Assembly (NCBI GenBank): GCA_963717525.1
Contig: OY970343.1
Coordinates: 2,080,001-2,144,000 of the forward strand
Length of the DNA: 64,000 nt
Direction: 5' to 3'
Source of the DNA: an uncultured Methanoregulaceae archaeon
Lineage (GTDB): Archaea; Halobacteriota; Methanomicrobia; Methanomicrobiales; Methanospirillaceae
Shown here piece by piece: positions 1 through 9,483 of this stretch. The translations under genes and the position numbers were made by a program. The notes beneath the pieces are model-generated. The model saw only the letters and a program-made list of their open reading frames with translations. It searched no databases and was not told where the DNA came from. Each line of letters opens with the position of its first letter. Position 1 is the first letter of the stretch.

Positions 1-1250
1 CTATCCACCGATCGAACGGCGGGGTGCTCTTTATCGATGAGATCAATACGCTTGACCCCCACTCCCAGCAGAACCTGCTGACCGCCCTCCAGGAAGGGGA
101 ATTCCCCATAACCGGCCAGAGCGAGCGGTCCAGCGGCGCGATGGTCAGGACCGAGCCGGTTCCCTGCCGGTTCGTGATGGTCGCGGCAGGAAACCTCGAT
201 GCGATCCAGGGCATGCACCCGGCGCTGCGTTCCCGTATCCGCGGCTACGGGTACGAGGTCTACATGGCCGAGAGCATGGAAGACACGCCCGAGAACCAGC
301 AGAAGTATATCCGGTTCATTGCGCAGGAGGTCAAAAACGACGGGAAGATCCCGCATTTTGACAAGAGCGCCATCGATGAGATCATCCGCGAGGCCCGCCG
401 GCGCTCAAACCGCAAGGGGCACCTGACCTTAAAACTCCGTGATATAGGCGGCCTTATCCGGGTTGCCGGAGATATCGCCCGGCAGGAAGGGGCAACACTG
501 ACAACGGCGGCCCACGTCATCACGGCAAAGAAGACGGCGCGATCGATCGAGGACCAGGTCTCCGACGAGGTCACTCGACACCTCCGCGAGTACGAGATGA
601 CCGTGGTCGAGGGGACCCGGATCGGCCGGGTGAATGGCCTTGCCGTCACCGGCAGCGACGCCGGATCGGTCCTGCCGATCATGGCGGAAGTGACCCCGGC
701 CATAGGAAAAGAAGGCGGGGAAGTGATTGCGACGGGCCTGCTCAAGGAGATCGCACAGGAGTCCATCAAGAACGTCAGTGCCATCCTGAAGAAGTTCACC
801 GGCAAGGATGTAAAGAACATCGACATCCACATCCAGTTCATCGGCACGTACATGGGTGTCGAAGGCGACTCCGCGTCCGTCAGCGTTGCGACCGCCGTGA
901 TCAGCGCCATCGAGGGGATCCCCGTCCGGCAGGACCTTGCCATGACCGGCTCCCTTTCAGTCCGCGGGGATGTGCTCCCGGTCGGCGGGGTAACCTATAA
1001 GATTGAAGCGGCAGTCAAAGCAGGGATCAAGACCGTGCTCATCCCCCGGATGAACATCAACGATGTCCTGATCGAGGAACAGTACAAATCCATGGTGACG
1101 ATCATCCCGGTCGATACTATCGACGAGGTGCTCAAGCACGCGCTTGTCCCCGAGAACATGGAAGGTTTCCTCTCCAAACTCAAGAAGATGGCGATCCGGT
1201 CGACCTCGGTGTTTGCTGATGCCCCGGCCATAAACACTACGACGGCATGA
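1..1250 (+). CDS. lonB: Archaeal ATP-dependent Lon protease LonB, 5' end outside the window
   Basis: Frame is open from base 3 ([13 protein letters not shown], Walker B). Lon protease domain has VEGDSAS (catalytic Ser) and [12 protein letters not shown] (catalytic Lys). Confidence 0.95.
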   Translation, partial: IHRSNGGVLFIDEINTLDPHSQQNLLTALQEGEFPITGQSERSSGAMVRTEPVPCRFVMVAAGNLDAIQGMHPALRSRIRGYGYEVYMAESMEDTPENQQKYIRFIAQEVKNDGKIPHFDKSAIDEIIREARRRSNRKGHLTLKLRDIGGLIRVAGDIARQEGATLTTAAHVITAKKTARSIEDQVSDEVTRHLREYEMTVVEGTRIGRVNGLAVTGSDAGSVLPIMAEVTPAIGKEGGEVIATGLLKEIAQESIKNVSAILKKFTGKDVKNIDIHIQFIGTYMGVEGDSASVSVATAVISAIEGIPVRQDLAMTGSLSVRGDVLPVGGVTYKIEAAVKAGIKTVLIPRMNINDVLIEEQYKSMVTIIPVDTIDEVLKHALVPENMEGFLSKLKKMAIRSTSVFADAPAINTTTA

Positions 1251-2587
1251 TCGAACCTTCCGGTATCCGGTACTATGACCTGCGCCAGGTCAGCGGCCAG
1301 TCCACCCATATCGATGTCGATAAGGGTGTTATAGAATCCGCCGGTACCATTTTTTTCAACAAGGCAGTGATCCGGGTTCTCGGGCCCCGCGGATGGGGGA
1401 TCCTCGAGTTCGATAATTACTCCCATGAGCCCGGGAAAAAATTCGACGAACTGCTTGTGTCGGCCCAAAAACTTGCGCTCGTTGCTGACGATACGGTCAA
1501 TCTTGGCGACGGATCCCGGATAGTACGCCTGGTCCCCCCGGTAAAGGAGGACTGCCGCGACGTCGGGATAGAAGAGAAAGCAGAGCTGCTCCTAGCGATT
1601 GAAAAAGCTGCAGACCTGCCGCTGGTGACCAGCCGGCGGGCAAATTATAGCGAGCGGATTGAGAAGGTCAGGTTCATGGACAGCTCCGGCAATGAATACT
1701 GCTACGAGATCTGCCGGACGGGATTTTCCGTGATGGCTGTTGCATCCCGGAACGGGACGGTCCAGATGGGATACGAACCGGATCACACCATCCACGGGTT
1801 CAACCTCCGGCACCGGGAGGAGATGGGCAGGAAAGCGGCGGCAACAGCCGTCGCCCTGCTGGATGCCGGTGCGGCAAAGGGAGGGAAGATGCATGCCATC
1901 CTTGACCCGGAACTGGCCGGCGTATTCGCCCACGAAGCCGTGGGCCATGCGAGTGAAGGCGACCTTATCGAGGAGGGAAATTCCATCCTCAAAGGCAGGA
2001 CCGGCGAGAAGATCGGCGACGAACGCCTCACGATCGTAGACGACCCGTCCCTTCACGAGTTCGGTTTCGAGCCGGTTGATGCCGAGGGGATCGCGACCGG
2101 CCGGACCGAGATCATCCGGGCCGGGAAGGTCAACGCCTTCCTCCACAACCGGCAGACGCTTGCCGCGATCGGAAACGGCGTTGCCGGCCATGCCCGGGCC
2201 ATGCCCGGGGAACCTCCGCTCGTGCGGATGAGCAACACCTTCATCGAGACCGGCGATGCGACAGAGGATGAGATCCTCTCGGAATGTAAAGACGGGATCT
2301 ATCTTGCCGGTTCGCGGGGCGGGCAGGTTGACCCGGGCCGGGGGGTCTTCCAGTTCAATGCGGAGTACGGCTACCTGATAGAAAACGGGGAGCGGACACG
2401 GATGGTCCGGGACGTTTCGCTCTCGGGCGAGATCCTCAAGACGCTCCACGGGATTGCCCTGTGCGGTAAAAAGCGGGTTATGCATTCGGGGTACTGCGGA
2501 AAGGGTGGGCAGAGCGTACCGGTGAGCGACGGGGCGCCGCTGGTGCTCCTGTGTGATGCGGTGGTGGGTGGCAGTGGCGTGGATTGA
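1247..2587 (+). CDS. tldD: TldD family metalloprotease subunit
   Basis: HEAVGH zinc motif, RMSNT and C-terminal [14 protein letters not shown] overlap with the lonB stop. Confidence 0.93.
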   Translation: MIEPSGIRYYDLRQVSGQSTHIDVDKGVIESAGTIFFNKAVIRVLGPRGWGILEFDNYSHEPGKKFDELLVSAQKLALVADDTVNLGDGSRIVRLVPPVKEDCRDVGIEEKAELLLAIEKAADLPLVTSRRANYSERIEKVRFMDSSGNEYCYEICRTGFSVMAVASRNGTVQMGYEPDHTIHGFNLRHREEMGRKAAATAVALLDAGAAKGGKMHAILDPELAGVFAHEAVGHASEGDLIEEGNSILKGRTGEKIGDERLTIVDDPSLHEFGFEPVDAEGIATGRTEIIRAGKVNAFLHNRQTLAAIGNGVAGHARAMPGEPPLVRMSNTFIETGDATEDEILSECKDGIYLAGSRGGQVDPGRGVFQFNAEYGYLIENGERTRMVRDVSLSGEILKTLHGIALCGKKRVMHSGYCGKGGQSVPVSDGAPLVLLCDAVVGGSGVD

Positions 2588-3863
2588 AGAGCTCTTTACA
2601 GTGGGCGAGCAGCGGGTTGACGAACTCGAGGTGTACGGTTTTTCCGGGACCTCAATCTCTGCTGACCTGAAACAGCGTCGCGTGAGCCTCTGCTCGTCAT
2701 CTGTCGAGACCGGCCTGTGCATCCGCACTATCGACAAAGGAAAGATCGGCTCATCAAGCACCAACGACCCGCAGCAGTGGCAGGCCTGCCTGGATGCTGC
2801 CATCGCCGGCGGCCGGCTTGCCACGCCACAGGAATGGAAAGGTTTACCGGATCCGGTCGCACTCCCGACGACCGATTTTGCCTGGGATCCGGACCTTGTT
2901 GTCGAGCCGACAACGGCACAGGAACTGCTTGTCGGGATGCTCGAAGGAGCCCTGGAGTACCCGGATGCCACGGTCACTTCCGGCGGGGCGGGAGTCGCGG
3001 TCGGCGAGATTACGTTTGCAAACAGCCACGGCGTCCGGTACACGTCCCGGCAATCGGACGTCTCGATCTCGCTCGAGGCGATCAGCGGCCAGTCCACAGG
3101 ATACGAATTCGATCACGCCTTTTCGCGGTCTCAGGTGAACCCGCAGCGTGTCGGTGAGCAGGCTGCGTGTCTGGCATCACGATCGGCAGGCGGGAAGGAT
3201 ATCCCCTCCGGGGAGTACGATGTTGTCCTTTCCCCCATGGCATATGCCGACCTGCTCTCTGGGATCTTTGTCCCGGCTCTCTCCGGGAGGAATGTGCTGC
3301 AGGGTCGTTCGAAGCTGGCCACTAAGATCGGGGAAACCATCACTGCTCCGCTCCTCTCATTCTTCGACGATCCACACCGGGTGGGCGCCACCGGGAGCAC
3401 GTGGTTTGATGCCGAGGGAACACCAACCCGCCGGCTCGATTTTGTCAGGGACGGCGTCCTTACCGGCTTTGCCTACGATCTCAAGACCGCGTACCGGGCC
3501 GGGCTGCAGTCCACCGGGAGTGCGATCCGGGGCGGGTTTGCCGGGCTCCCCGCGATCGGCCACCACAATTTTGTGGTGGACGGAAAGCGGGATGTGGTAT
3601 TCGATGAGCCGGCAATCTATGTCCACAGTGTTGTGGGGGCTCACACGGCAAACCCCCTGAGCGGGGACTTCTCGGTTGAGATGTCCAACCCGTTTTGGGT
3701 GAGAGATGGCGAACTTGCGGAACCGGTCCGGGGAGCGATGCTCACGGGCAATTTCTTCGATCTCCAACGGCAGGTTGCAGCCCTCGGCAAAGAGAGCCGC
3801 GCTGTTGGATCTTACATCCTGCCCCCGGTAAAAATTAATAACGTACGGGTCATTGGTAAGTAA
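2574..3863 (+). CDS. pmbA: TldE/PmbA family non-catalytic subunit
   Basis: FDAEG, HTANPLSGDFS and no HExxxH. Overlaps the tldD end. Start uncertain (GTG 2568 or 2574; ORF track gives 2553). Confidence 0.9.
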   Translation: MAWIEELFTVGEQRVDELEVYGFSGTSISADLKQRRVSLCSSSVETGLCIRTIDKGKIGSSSTNDPQQWQACLDAAIAGGRLATPQEWKGLPDPVALPTTDFAWDPDLVVEPTTAQELLVGMLEGALEYPDATVTSGGAGVAVGEITFANSHGVRYTSRQSDVSISLEAISGQSTGYEFDHAFSRSQVNPQRVGEQAACLASRSAGGKDIPSGEYDVVLSPMAYADLLSGIFVPALSGRNVLQGRSKLATKIGETITAPLLSFFDDPHRVGATGSTWFDAEGTPTRRLDFVRDGVLTGFAYDLKTAYRAGLQSTGSAIRGGFAGLPAIGHHNFVVDGKRDVVFDEPAIYVHSVVGAHTANPLSGDFSVEMSNPFWVRDGELAEPVRGAMLTGNFFDLQRQVAALGKESRAVGSYILPPVKINNVRVIGK

Positions 3864-3865
3864 CT

Positions 3866-4129
3866 ATGAGTGATATTATTCTTGCCGTCATTCTCATCGT
3901 TGCAATCCTCGCCATCGCGTATTACCTGATAAAAAAAATGGCGGTGCTGGTCGTCAATGCAGTCCTCGGCCTCATCCTGTTGTTTATCTTAAATTTTCTC
4001 CAGGTAATGCAGTGGGTGGGCCGGCCCGATATCGGGTACAGCCTCGCAACGCTCATCATCTGCGGTGTCGGAGGGCTTCCGGGCGTACTCGTCCTTGTCC
4101 TGCTCAATATTTTCGGCATCACGGTCTGA
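3866..4129 (+). CDS. Small membrane protein, pro-sigmaK processing inhibitor BofA-like
   Basis: 87 aa with three hydrophobic segments. N-A-V-L-G-L-I-L-L-F-I-L-N and G-G-L-P-G patterns resemble the BofA family. Starts 2 bp after the pmbA stop. Confidence 0.7.
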   Translation: MSDIILAVILIVAILAIAYYLIKKMAVLVVNAVLGLILLFILNFLQVMQWVGRPDIGYSLATLIICGVGGLPGVLVLVLLNIFGITV

Positions 4130-4418
4130 TGAAAAAGTACGGATCGTGAAAATGTTTTTGGAAAAATGCTTTTGGGGACGAATGTATCCTGCTGCACCGG
4201 TATCCCTTTAACCAGCGCCAGCCTTTTCTTGCTGCCTCCCTGAAAATACGCCCGTAAAACCGTCCGATTCAGTGTCCGGGAAATTTGGGCCTTTATATCC
4301 GTCCGTTTTTAAAAAAAAGCCTAAATTGAGCCCCATATAATGCCTTTTACAGCCCCGTATTCGCGTTCCGGCAGCCTCTTTTTCCGGATCGTCCAAATGG
4401 CAGTTTGACGTGAGATCG

Positions 4419-4521
4419 GCCAAAATAACCCCATTATGGGGTTCATTTTATTTCGTCCGATTGCCAAAATAAGGCTTATTTGGGGTTATTTTTAAACGGG
4501 GCCCGATACGGGCTCCGTTTA
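4419..4521. repeat. Cluster of nested inverted repeats in a spacer between convergent genes
   Basis: AACCCCAT-T-ATGGGGTT (4427-4443); AAATAAG-G-CTTATTT (4467-4481); AAAATAACCCCA (4422-4433) / TGGGGTTATTTT (4481-4492); TAAACGGGGCCCG-ATA-CGGGCTCCGTTTA (4493-4521); direct repeat GCCAAAATAA at 4419 and 4463. Confidence 0.75.
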
Positions 4522-4604
4522 GGTATGAAGGAGGGGAATCGGAAGCCAGATTGGGGCCGGATTAGGAGGAAGTCACTGTGAGATCCCGGAGATACAACAC
4601 GCAA

Positions 4605-5792
4605 TCAATGCATAATAACGAACATCCCAACAGCGATTCCAATTCCGGCAACGACTACCCAGAGAATTTCTGCACCCAGAAGAAGGGAGATGAATGCCCC
4701 TGCCGCAAGAATTCCCGGGAACCACGACCAGGGGACTGCAAGCGCCAGCTTGATGGTCACACTCAGGAGCAGCCCGACAAACGAGAACAGGATTCCCTGG
4801 AACATTCTCTGGTACATCTGCGAACTGCGCAGCCAGTCATAATACGGTACCGTACCGACCACAACCAGAAATGAAGGGATAAAAATCGCTATTGTTGCAA
4901 CGATTCCTCCCCAGAACCCGTAGGTAAGAAAACCGACAAACGTTGCGGTGATAACGATCGGGCCCGGGGTCACCTGGCCCAGGGCAAGCCCGTTGATGAA
5001 GGTTGCACTGTCGAGCCATGCATGCACCACGACAACCTCATTGAACATCAGCGGGAGCGAGGCAAAACCACCTCCGAACGCAAACAGATCAATCCTTGCC
5101 ATGGTAGCGGCGAGGGTGAAGAGATCGGGCTGGAGAAGGTAAAGTACCACGAAAAAGATTACAGCCACGGCAATCAGGATAAAAAAGGAATTTTCCGGAC
5201 GCGGAAACCTACCGGGAGGAGCATCCTGTTTTTTGTCAGGTGCCGGAAGAAGTGCGATCCCGAGCAGGGCCGCAAGAACAATGACCACGATAGGATTCAA
5301 TCCGGCGATGAAAAGCACTGCAGCGATCCCGGCAATAAGTACATGAATCCAGCGTTTGAGTGATGTCCGCCCGAATGAAACCGTCGCATACGCGACCAGC
5401 GCCACAACGATCGCCTGCAAAGCAAGGAATAACGCCTTCACCGGGGGAAGTTCTGAGGTTGAAACATAGAGTGCTGACAGTGCCATCATCAGGAAAAATG
5501 CAGGGAGGCCAAACCCTACAAATGCTGCGAGTGCGCCTGCGGTTCCACGGATACGTAGACCCGTATAAGCGGTGACCTGCATGGCCGTTGCGCCGGGGAT
5601 AGCCTGACAGAGTGCAACACCATCGTCAAAGACCGCATTATCGATCCAACCTTTTTGCCCGACCGCCATCTTCCGTATGTACGGGACCATGGCAGGGCCG
5701 CCGAATGCCGTGATTCCAAGCCGGAAAAACGCAAAAAAGATTGAAGCAAGAGATGGTTGCTGCAATCCGGACGGGGCAGGTTGTTCAGCCAT
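4605..5792 (-). CDS. chrA: Chromate efflux transporter (CHR family, long chain)
   Basis: Two homologous halves, AFGG...QAIPGA and AFGGG...GQVTPGP, and highly hydrophobic. Confidence 0.92.
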   Translation of the reverse strand: MAEQPAPSGLQQPSLASIFFAFFRLGITAFGGPAMVPYIRKMAVGQKGWIDNAVFDDGVALCQAIPGATAMQVTAYTGLRIRGTAGALAAFVGFGLPAFFLMMALSALYVSTSELPPVKALFLALQAIVVALVAYATVSFGRTSLKRWIHVLIAGIAAVLFIAGLNPIVVIVLAALLGIALLPAPDKKQDAPPGRFPRPENSFFILIAVAVIFFVVLYLLQPDLFTLAATMARIDLFAFGGGFASLPLMFNEVVVVHAWLDSATFINGLALGQVTPGPIVITATFVGFLTYGFWGGIVATIAIFIPSFLVVVGTVPYYDWLRSSQMYQRMFQGILFSFVGLLLSVTIKLALAVPWSWFPGILAAGAFISLLLGAEILWVVVAGIGIAVGMFVIMH

Positions 5793-6024
5793 ATGATAGG
5801 AGAATTATGATCGTGCATGAGATAATGATACTTGAAACGTTCTCCGATGACTGCGGTGGTTGGGGTTGTTACGGGGAGAGGTGTGCCTGATACCAATCGG
5901 GGCTCTATTGGACTCAGATTAGACCGGATCCTCCTTGGGGTGGATCCCTCCAATTCTGTTTTTCCATCAGCGCTCAGGGTCTATGCAGGTAATTGCCCGG
6001 ACAAAAAAGAGGATATATCAAAAA

Positions 6025-6723
6025 TCAGAAGACGTTTGCTTCCGAGTACACCGTCACCTGTGTCTGCTCGATCTCGTAGGGCTTGATCTCCCGGGAATGG
6101 GAAGACATCCGCATCTTCACCACTTCGAGCGCAAGGTGGACGTCCGTGAGATCGCTCGAACGGACATAGCGGAGCAGGATGACGGTGTCGGCGAGATACT
6201 CGATCAGGCCGTGCCGGCTGGAGAAGACGTTGTCGCTGTCCGTCTCGGACGTCATCATCATAGTGCACTCCTTGTCCCGCAGCCCCTCGATGAACCGGAA
6301 CATCTCGCGGCGCCGTTCCGCATCGCTTCCGAAGAGATCCTCAAAGAGCGAGATCGGGTCGATCACGACCCGGCTTGCCTTGATTTCGCTGATCAGGTTC
6401 GGTAGTTCATTTTTTATCCGGTTGTTTGCCAGGTTGAAATCTGTCGGATCAAGCTTGATGATATAGAGAGACTTGTTGAGGTAAGGCTCCACATCCCAGC
6501 CTTTCTGTTTCATGTACAGGATCAACCTGTCCTCGCGCTCCTCAAGGCTGATATAGATTGCCCGTTCACCGCGTTTGAGCCCGTCCCAGATAAAATCGAG
6601 GGAAAATGTCGTTTTCCCGGTACCGTACGTGCCGATGATGGCGCAGATGCTCCCGGCAAGCAGGCCGCCCCCGAGCATCTCGTCAAGCCCGGAGACCCCC
6701 ACTTTCACACGTTTCCCGTTCAT
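6025..6723 (-). CDS. KaiC-like (RecA superfamily) single-domain ATPase
   Basis: GLDEMLGGG, Walker A GTYGTGKT, SLEE, Walker B VVID, C-terminal VVKMR. Confidence 0.9.
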   Translation of the reverse strand: MNGKRVKVGVSGLDEMLGGGLLAGSICAIIGTYGTGKTTFSLDFIWDGLKRGERAIYISLEEREDRLILYMKQKGWDVEPYLNKSLYIIKLDPTDFNLANNRIKNELPNLISEIKASRVVIDPISLFEDLFGSDAERRREMFRFIEGLRDKECTMMMTSETDSDNVFSSRHGLIEYLADTVILLRYVRSSDLTDVHLALEVVKMRMSSHSREIKPYEIEQTQVTVYSEANVF

Positions 6724-7547
6724 ATGACCATCCTGATATTGCTCACTTCAAATCCTCCGGTTGTGGATATCCTGACGGCAAACTTAACCAGATCCTGCTC
6801 CTCAAGGTGAGGCATGACCCCCCGGAACTTTTCAAAGAACATCACCCGCTGGCGTCGCGAGCCGGTGCTCTCCTCCCAACGGAACAAAAAGACTGCGTCA
6901 GCGATATCAGACAGTTCGATCTCATTGGCCACGTCGATTATCCCCCTGCTGAGCAGGAGGTAGATGGTAAAGTTTTTCGTCTTTGCGAGCCGCTGGAGGC
7001 CCCGGAGAAAGGCGGTCAGGTCTGCCCAGAGATTGGGGAGGGCAGTCTGGGTCGCAATATCGGTGATCGAATCGACGATGATCATACTGTCCGGCTCGGC
7101 TGCGGCAAAGATCTCCGCAAGCCTCATGAAAATATTTGCATGTTCGGAACGTTTCTGGAGCCGGGTCAGTGTATTGCTCCGGCTGTACCAGGAGTCAGGG
7201 ACGATACTGCGGTCAAAATAGAGATCCGAGAGGTCCTCGAAAGAGATACCCTCCTTCTCCGAGGTCACCCAGTCTGCGTGAAACGACTGGACGATCTCGT
7301 GGCGGACGTCGGCCTCCAGCCGGGTAAACGTGATGTACAGGATCTTCTTCGGGCGCAGGATGCCGGGATCAGGAGACCGTTTCATACCCGCGAGCGAGTT
7401 TACTATGGAGCTGTAGGCAAATTCGTAGTGTCCGGCCCCGAGTTCCCCGAGAAGGAGGGTCAGGGTTCCCGGCGGAACACCTCCATCAAGGATAGGATCG
7501 AGCGACGCGACCCCGGTGGGCATCCTGGTTTCCTGTGGTTCCGGCAT
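6720..7547 (-). CDS. KaiC/RAD55-like ATPase with degenerate Walker A, probably inactive
   Basis: PTGVASLDPILDGGVP, IIVDSIT and EKFRG are present, but the P-loop reads GELGAGHY with no Lys. ATGA overlap with the downstream paralogue. Confidence 0.85.
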   Translation of the reverse strand: MPEPQETRMPTGVASLDPILDGGVPPGTLTLLLGELGAGHYEFAYSSIVNSLAGMKRSPDPGILRPKKILYITFTRLEADVRHEIVQSFHADWVTSEKEGISFEDLSDLYFDRSIVPDSWYSRSNTLTRLQKRSEHANIFMRLAEIFAAAEPDSMIIVDSITDIATQTALPNLWADLTAFLRGLQRLAKTKNFTIYLLLSRGIIDVANEIELSDIADAVFLFRWEESTGSRRQRVMFFEKFRGVMPHLEEQDLVKFAVRISTTGGFEVSNIRMVI

Positions 7548-7770
7548 CTGGTACTCCGTTTATCCAGTGGTCTGGCGTTTTTAGAAACTCTCATGGGCGC
7601 ACACATAAAGATATCTGTCATCCTGCGACGGATGTCCGAAACGCCGAAAAATGCCCCGGAATTCCCGTCCGCACGTCAGGTACTGCGTGCCGTACTCCGT
7701 AAAACACTATTTATATAAGTATCTGCCGAACTATAAACGGGAAACCAGAAGCAATTCCGAGGGCAGGCAG

Positions 7771-9483
7771 ATGGCACTTTCAGAATTTTTTACCAGACTC
7801 AAAGAACACCGGTCCCGGGCTGGGGTGGCCACGGAGGATGCAGGTCTTTCACAGCCGCCGGAGGGGGGTGCCGGCACCGTTCTCCTCTCGTCCGGTAAAC
7901 GCGAGGCCAGCTACCGGTATTATTTCCGGTTTCTCAGGACCCGCGAGAAGATCCCGGACGAGGAGTATGATCCTGCCCGGCATGGCCCTCTCGTGAGCGC
8001 CGAGGTTCCCGCAGGGTACGAGCTGCTCGACCAGTACTGGATCGAGGAGGGCCGGACGCTGGTGTATATCGCCCTCAACCGGAAGACAAACCAGACCGAG
8101 TATCTCCTTTTCGAACCGCCACTGTCGGAGTTTGAGTACGAGCTTCTCGAACGCCTCCACGAGGATCTCCTTGACGTTTTGATCCTGACCTCAGACGAGA
8201 TCAAAAAGGACCGCAAAAAGATCCTGCTTGCAAAGGTGCATGGCCTCCTTGACGATTACGGCCTGGTCCTTGACCAGTCCACGCTTTTCAAGATCGAATA
8301 TTACCTGATACGGAACTTCATCGGCTGGTCACGGATCGATCCGCTGATGAAGGACCCCAATCTCGAGGATATATCGTGCGACGGCAGCCGGGTCCCGCTC
8401 TTTTTGTACCACCGGAAACACCGGAACATCAAGACCAACATCGCGTTCGAATCCGATGTCCTCAACTCGCTCGCCATCACGCTTGCCCAGCGCTCGGGAA
8501 AACACATCTCGAGCGGCTCTCCGATGCTGGATGCGACCCTCCCTGACGGCTCCCGTCTCCAGCTCACACTTGGGACCGAGGTAACCACCCGTGGCACCTC
8601 GTTTACCATCAGGAAGTTCAGGGAAGACCCGTTTTCACCGATCGAGCTCATGGAGTACGGCACGTTTTCGAGCGATGAACTTGCCTATTTCTGGCTGGCC
8701 ATAGAAAACGGCATGAGCCTGCTCTTCATCGGCGGGACTGCATCCGGGAAAACCACGTCTCTCAACGCCGTTTCCCTCTTTATCCCTCCTATCGCGAAGG
8801 TTGTCAGCATCGAGGACACGCGGGAGATCACGCTCTATCACGACAACTGGATCGCAAGCGTCACCCGCGATGCGCTTACCGAGGGTGGCAACGCCATCAA
8901 TATGTTCGATCTCCTCCGTGCCGCCATGAGGCAGCGGCCCGAGTACATCATTGTCGGTGAAGTTCGTGGTCCCGAGGCGCAGACGCTCTTCCAGGCGATG
9001 AACACCGGCCACACCACGTTCTCCACCATGCATGCCGGCAGCATCGATGCGGCCATCCACCGGCTGGAGAACGAACCCCTCAACGTTCCGCGTAATATGG
9101 TCCAGGCATTAAACATTATCAGCGTCCAGGCGCTCATCTACCGGGGGACGGAGAGGGTGCGCCGGGTCCAGGAAGTCGTTGAGGTTGCCGGGATCGATCC
9201 GGCGACGGGGAACCTCCGGGTCAACAATGTCTTTGAGTACGACCCGGTCCATGACCGCACCAGCTATACCGGCCGATCGCAGATTTACAATACGATCGCG
9301 GCAAAACGGGGCTGGACACGGGAAGAGCTCGAAACCGAGATCGCGGTGAGGAAAGGCCTGCTCGATGCGATGCAGACACAGGGCATCCGGGACTATATTT
9401 CGGCCGCATCGCTCTTCCACAATTATAATATCAACCGTGCGGACGTGCTTGCCCACAGCGACGATCTCAGACAGGTACTCTGA
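7771..9483 (+). CDS. Type IV pilus / type II-IV secretion assembly ATPase (PilB/FlaI/TadA-like)
   Basis: Walker A GGTASGKTT, SIEDTREI, RQRPEYIIVGEVRG, TGHTTFSTMHA. Confidence 0.93.
   Translation: MALSEFFTRLKEHRSRAGVATEDAGLSQPPEGGAGTVLLSSGKREASYRYYFRFLRTREKIPDEEYDPARHGPLVSAEVPAGYELLDQYWIEEGRTLVYIALNRKTNQTEYLLFEPPLSEFEYELLERLHEDLLDVLILTSDEIKKDRKKILLAKVHGLLDDYGLVLDQSTLFKIEYYLIRNFIGWSRIDPLMKDPNLEDISCDGSRVPLFLYHRKHRNIKTNIAFESDVLNSLAITLAQRSGKHISSGSPMLDATLPDGSRLQLTLGTEVTTRGTSFTIRKFREDPFSPIELMEYGTFSSDELAYFWLAIENGMSLLFIGGTASGKTTSLNAVSLFIPPIAKVVSIEDTREITLYHDNWIASVTRDALTEGGNAINMFDLLRAAMRQRPEYIIVGEVRGPEAQTLFQAMNTGHTTFSTMHAGSIDAAIHRLENEPLNVPRNMVQALNIISVQALIYRGTERVRRVQEVVEVAGIDPATGNLRVNNVFEYDPVHDRTSYTGRSQIYNTIAAKRGWTREELETEIAVRKGLLDAMQTQGIRDYISAASLFHNYNINRADVLAHSDDLRQVL

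Noticed and set aside
1592..3097. Long antisense or alternate-frame ORFs (also 16529-18088, 26173-27087, 33578-34561, 37609-38700, 37971-39158)
   Set aside because: They shadow well-supported genes, have no motifs, and are expected in GC-rich DNA with codon bias.
5793..6024. Riboswitch upstream of the chromate transporter
   Set aside because: Only a short GGATCC...GGATCC hairpin, with no recognisable aptamer consensus.
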